A stretch of 64,000 nucleotides of DNA from Balanoglossus misakiensis (Eukaryota; Animalia; Hemichordata), in contig CM082589.2 of NCBI GenBank assembly GCA_040954595.2, forward strand, positions 7,882,232 to 7,946,231, written 5' to 3'. Numbering within the stretch: the stretch's first letter is position 1; each line of letters starts with the position of its first letter. The position numbers and the translations under genes were made by a program. Positions 60,701 through 64,000 of this stretch are shown piece by piece. The notes below the pieces were generated by a model. The model was not told where the DNA came from and searched no databases. It was given only the letters and a program-made list of their open reading frames with translations.

Positions 60701-63031
60701 GCTGTAAATATTGCCCGTAACACTTGAAATGATGCGCGGGTTTGTTTACAACGGAAATGTTGTACATGTCGATCAGCAAACGTGCCACTTTGACATTTTG
60801 ATGGTCAGACCATTTTCGGATTTGATCTGGTTCCATCGACTGATTTCTCCCATAAAGTTATCTTCCCAAAATTTTGCCGAATTAGTGCGCATTTCTTCGC
60901 TGAGTCGCTTGATTTGGGGCGACCAAACCTCTTCCGCATAGATTCACATTTGAGTGCGCATGCGCACTAGTCACATGTGTCAACATTAGCCTGACTCACG
61001 TGACTTTCTGTCCGGACAGAAAGTCATTCTTCACTCGTTATATTGTAAATTGTATGAGTTTATCAGCAGAGCTGGGGATGATGACTGTTCGATTCAGTAT
61101 CAATTATCATCTACTTTTAGAAATTATAGATGCCGTTTCAAACAAAATTTTGCCCCTACGAGAAATACTGTGGCTTTAATTTTCGCGTTCTCTTATTTCA
61201 TTCACTGCATCGTTATCTTCAAAAACAATTTACGCGACTTTTTATTTTCACGCTATTTTGGCTCTCGCGTATTTGGCGAAAATTAATTGCTCGCGAAAAT
61301 AAAGTGTTTTACAGTATGTATACAGTAGAATTTTTGAAAGACCTGATATCACTTCTTTGTCAGAGGCCCAAACATCTTTCTTTTTAAAGATTTGACATTG
61401 ACAAATTTATATCAGCTCTACCTATGGAATAACACACAATTTTCAATGAAATCTGCTCGGTAATATTTGAGTTTTTGACTTTTGGCCATTTTTGCATCTT
61501 TGCCAGTGATCAAACACTTTCTTGTGGCAATGCACTGGTAACCCTTTTGTTGTATTGTTTCAAACGATCATCACTGAAGACTAGACTGTACAGTACGGTC
61601 ATTTCATTTGAGGGTGCTGGACGTACGTCCACTGCCAAAAAGTGATAATAGGCGGTGTGTCCTTTTAGCCAGCTCCAACCAATCACATGCACCAATACTT
61701 GACATGTGACTGTCTTGCTCTTTATACAAGCCCCAATTTGTTTGATCAAGATTAGGATACCAATTAACAGTACCAAATTTTCATATGTTGGCAGAATTTT
61801 GACATCTGGGGGTGTGGCTTTATTTCTTTGATACCGCTGGCTTGAAGGACAAACTGCCTTCGGGGCAGGGTATCGAGTGCCCTCTTACGAAATAATAGGG
61901 CTTTAAAATGAATGAAAAAACATCGAAGGATCTCTGGCTATCTGGTAAAACTTACTTGTTGTGCTGCCACCAAATGGAAAGCTTTTTGTTGCAGCTGTTG
62001 TGGTGCTACCAAGCAGGCTTCCTCCTGTAGTAGCTGTTGAACCAAGTGATAATCCTCCCCCTGCAGTGGTTGTTCCACCAAGTGATAGTCCTCCCCCTGC
62101 AGTGGTTGTTCCACCAAGTGATAAACCTCCCCCTGCAGTGGTCGTTCCAGCAAGTGATAGTCCTCCCCCTGCAGTGGTCATTCCACCAAGTGATAGTCCT
62201 CCCCCTGCAGTGGGTTTTCCACCAAGTGATAGTCCTCCCCCTGCAGTGGTCATTCCACCAAGCGACAGTCCTCCCCCTGCAGTGGTTGCTCCTCCAAGTG
62301 CCAATCCTCCAACAGTAGTGGGCGCTCCGCCAAGTGCTAGTCCTCCCCCTGAAGTGGTTGAAGACCCAAGTGGCAATCCTGAAAACTTAGTTGTGGCAGT
62401 GCCTGCACTAAGACCTGTACTAGCAGTGGTTCCAACAGCAGCTGTTCCACCAAGACCTAGACCCCCTGTTACAAAATAGTACACACAGTTGTTAGTATAA
62501 CTGATGCACAGTCCAAAATTTCCAAAGATACATCAAACCTTGCATTTGCAATTGAAAATCTGAATCATGAAAACAACATTGCACCAACCTGTAACAGCCG
62601 GGGTTGTCCCCAGTTGCAGCCCACCAGCTCCTAATGATAGTCCAGTGGCTGGCGCTGATGTGGTTGGTGCACTTCCTGCAGTACTTTGACCAAGGCCAGA
62701 TGCTCCAAAGCTGAAACCCGAATTTGCAGCTGACGAGAAAAGACTTTGTTGTGTGGTGCCTGTTGTACCCGTTGATGGTGCGGCTGAAAATAACAGCCCA
62801 CCAGCGGTAGTCGAACTCGTCGCGGGAGCTGTCGGTTGGAATGAGAACCCTCCAGGGATAGTAGTGGAACTTGTAGCTGTAGTTGGGGGTTGGAATGACA
62901 ATCCACTGCCCCCTGTACCTCCTTGTCCTCCAAATGAGAAGCCACCTTTAATATGAATATTAATTTTATTCCTGCCATGTATACAGTGTTTCATTCAGGA
63001 TTGCACCAATATGTCCCCTTTGCCTGAATAT

Positions 63032-63062
<31 letters not shown>

Positions 63063-63926
63063 GGGGATTCCACTCTGGCAAGGGGGACTGTAATACAATG
63101 TATCTCCAACATGTGAACAACATCATTTGATTTCAAGGGGCACTGGTCCCCCCTGGACAAATTGCTAGGTGCCAAATCCCCCCCCCCCTCCCCCCCCCAC
63201 CGTCCAGATGAAACACTGTGTATATTGTATAAACATCCATCATTAATGGTGTGCCCTCTAAGCCCATATGATGTGCCACTGACTCAACAAACTCACTGGT
63301 GACACAAACAATTATTCACACTACACGATAGTGAACCTTTTCCACAGAATTTGAAATATTGCTGGTCTGAATACATAATCTGATTATTATCTTCAAGGGA
63401 ATGCGAATTGCCAGAAATAATGAGATATCCATGCTTTATTTTGTGTTTATGTCTTTACCTAAAATGTAGTCATTTCTCATAACCATTTTTGCTTTGGCTA
63501 TGTTTTCAATGATTGCTGTAAGCTGATATTACTTACCAGCAGTTCTTGTGAAAGGCCCATTTAGATCCTACATGATCACACATCTAGTGCCTTCACTCAT
63601 GAGAAATATTGCTGCCATTATTGGCATTGGATATATGAATGTCTTTCTCATTATACAAAGAAAATCTCAATTGCATGTCGCAGTAGACAAGCACTAAGTA
63701 CATACTGTCCACAGATTAAGACAGTATGGGTGATAAATATCTATGTTAGACCAATACATGTCACTAATAATTAATATTAAGCATCAAAACTATAATCATT
63801 CATATACTGGTACAAGTCACCTGATGGATTACTGGCTTGTCCAAACAGTCCAGTGCCAGTGCTACCTGCAGCACTGGTTGTTGACGTCAGCTGAGAACCG
63901 CCAGCTGCAGTTGTTGAACCAAACAT
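54773..63926 (-). CDS. NUP62: Nuclear pore glycoprotein p62 (Nup62/Nsp1), ~576 aa
   Basis: Exons 63821-63926 (ATG in aaaATG context), 62589-62945, 61956-62465, 60112-60192, 57453-57525, 56779-56923, 56495-56544, 56136-56270, 55751-55865, 55212-55278, 54773-54864 (1731 nt). FG/Thr-rich N-terminus (GGFSFG) is followed by the Nsp1-like coiled coil (LEEAINKW...QATQVNAWDR, LEHELDFILSQQRELDDML, ILNAHMDSLQWVDQNT). The start exon lies at the window edge, so a further upstream exon cannot be excluded. Confidence 0.92.
57646..57956. mobile_element. MITE family B (piggyBac-type) in a NUP62 intron
   Basis: ttaa|ccttaacgctg...gtagcattaggg|ttaa. Confidence 0.85.
58403..60080. mobile_element. 1.67-kb non-autonomous PIF/Harbinger-type element in a NUP62 intron
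   Basis: tta|ggggtcttgtcaaaatcaaacag...ctgtttgattttgacaagacccc|tta: 3-bp TTA TSD, GGG...CCC termini and a GC-rich TIR of ~80 bp. No transposase ORF. Confidence 0.88.
60569..61179. mobile_element. Family E 603-bp element nested in a family D (variant termini) MITE at 60512-61316
   Basis: ttaa|agccccagtatttctcgt...acgagaaatactgtggct|ttaa. Confidence 0.9.
62040..62360 (-). repeat. 36-nt coding minisatellite in NUP62 (AGGGLSLGGxTT units)
   Basis: Plus-strand unit cctccccctgcagtggttgttccaccaagtgatagt, about seven well-conserved copies plus degenerate flanking copies. Confidence 0.9.
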
Positions 63927-64000
63927 TTTGGTTTCTCTGCCTTTCGAAAAGCGCAAGTAACAATATAGATATCACTTCAATAGCGAAGGGGGTGAATTTC

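Noticed and set aside
62040-62360. CRISPR-like 36-nt periodicity
   Set aside because: The units are contiguous with no unique spacers, lie in a eukaryotic coding exon, and there are no cas genes.
61961-62479. Pro/Val-rich plus-strand ORF
   Set aside because: Antisense shadow of the NUP62 Gly/Thr repeat exon.
63537-63567. Strong donor G|gtaagt in NUP62 intron 1
   Set aside because: The nearest acceptors give non-3n exons with poor pyrimidine tracts.

Overview
Eukaryotic (metazoan) AT-rich genomic DNA with many introns. The gene and repeat style suggests a marine invertebrate, possibly a hemichordate or echinoderm-type deuterostome; this is inference only. Five spliced protein-coding genes were reconstructed by hand with GT-AG boundaries and consistent exon phases. 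(1) A BIG1/BIG2-type Sec7 Arf-GEF (ARFGEF, minus, 3715-34096, 35 coding exons, ~1798 aa). (2) A type-I membrane receptor with signal peptide-SRCR-WSC-CUB-TM and a Tyr-motif-rich tail (minus, 37416-42657). (3) A cytosolic sulfotransferase (plus, 45743-48508). (4) MAIP1/C2orf47-like (plus, 49412-52761). (5) NUP62 (minus, 54773-63926). Introns are dense in non-autonomous DNA transposons (MITEs) with readable TIRs and TSDs of Kolobok, piggyBac, Tc2/pogo, Harbinger, AcademH and P/hAT type. Most short ORFs in the track are spurious or repeat-derived. The most notable signals are a 603-bp TTAA element inserted twice at the same site of another MITE family, a set of TAG...CTA elements with 9-bp TSDs plus a possible excision footprint, frame-preserving candidate micro/cassette exons in ARFGEF, a Kremen-like receptor with SRCR in place of kringle and an ITIM/SH2-motif tail, and a Nup62 carrying a Leu-Gly (not Phe-Gly) 36-nt coding minisatellite.
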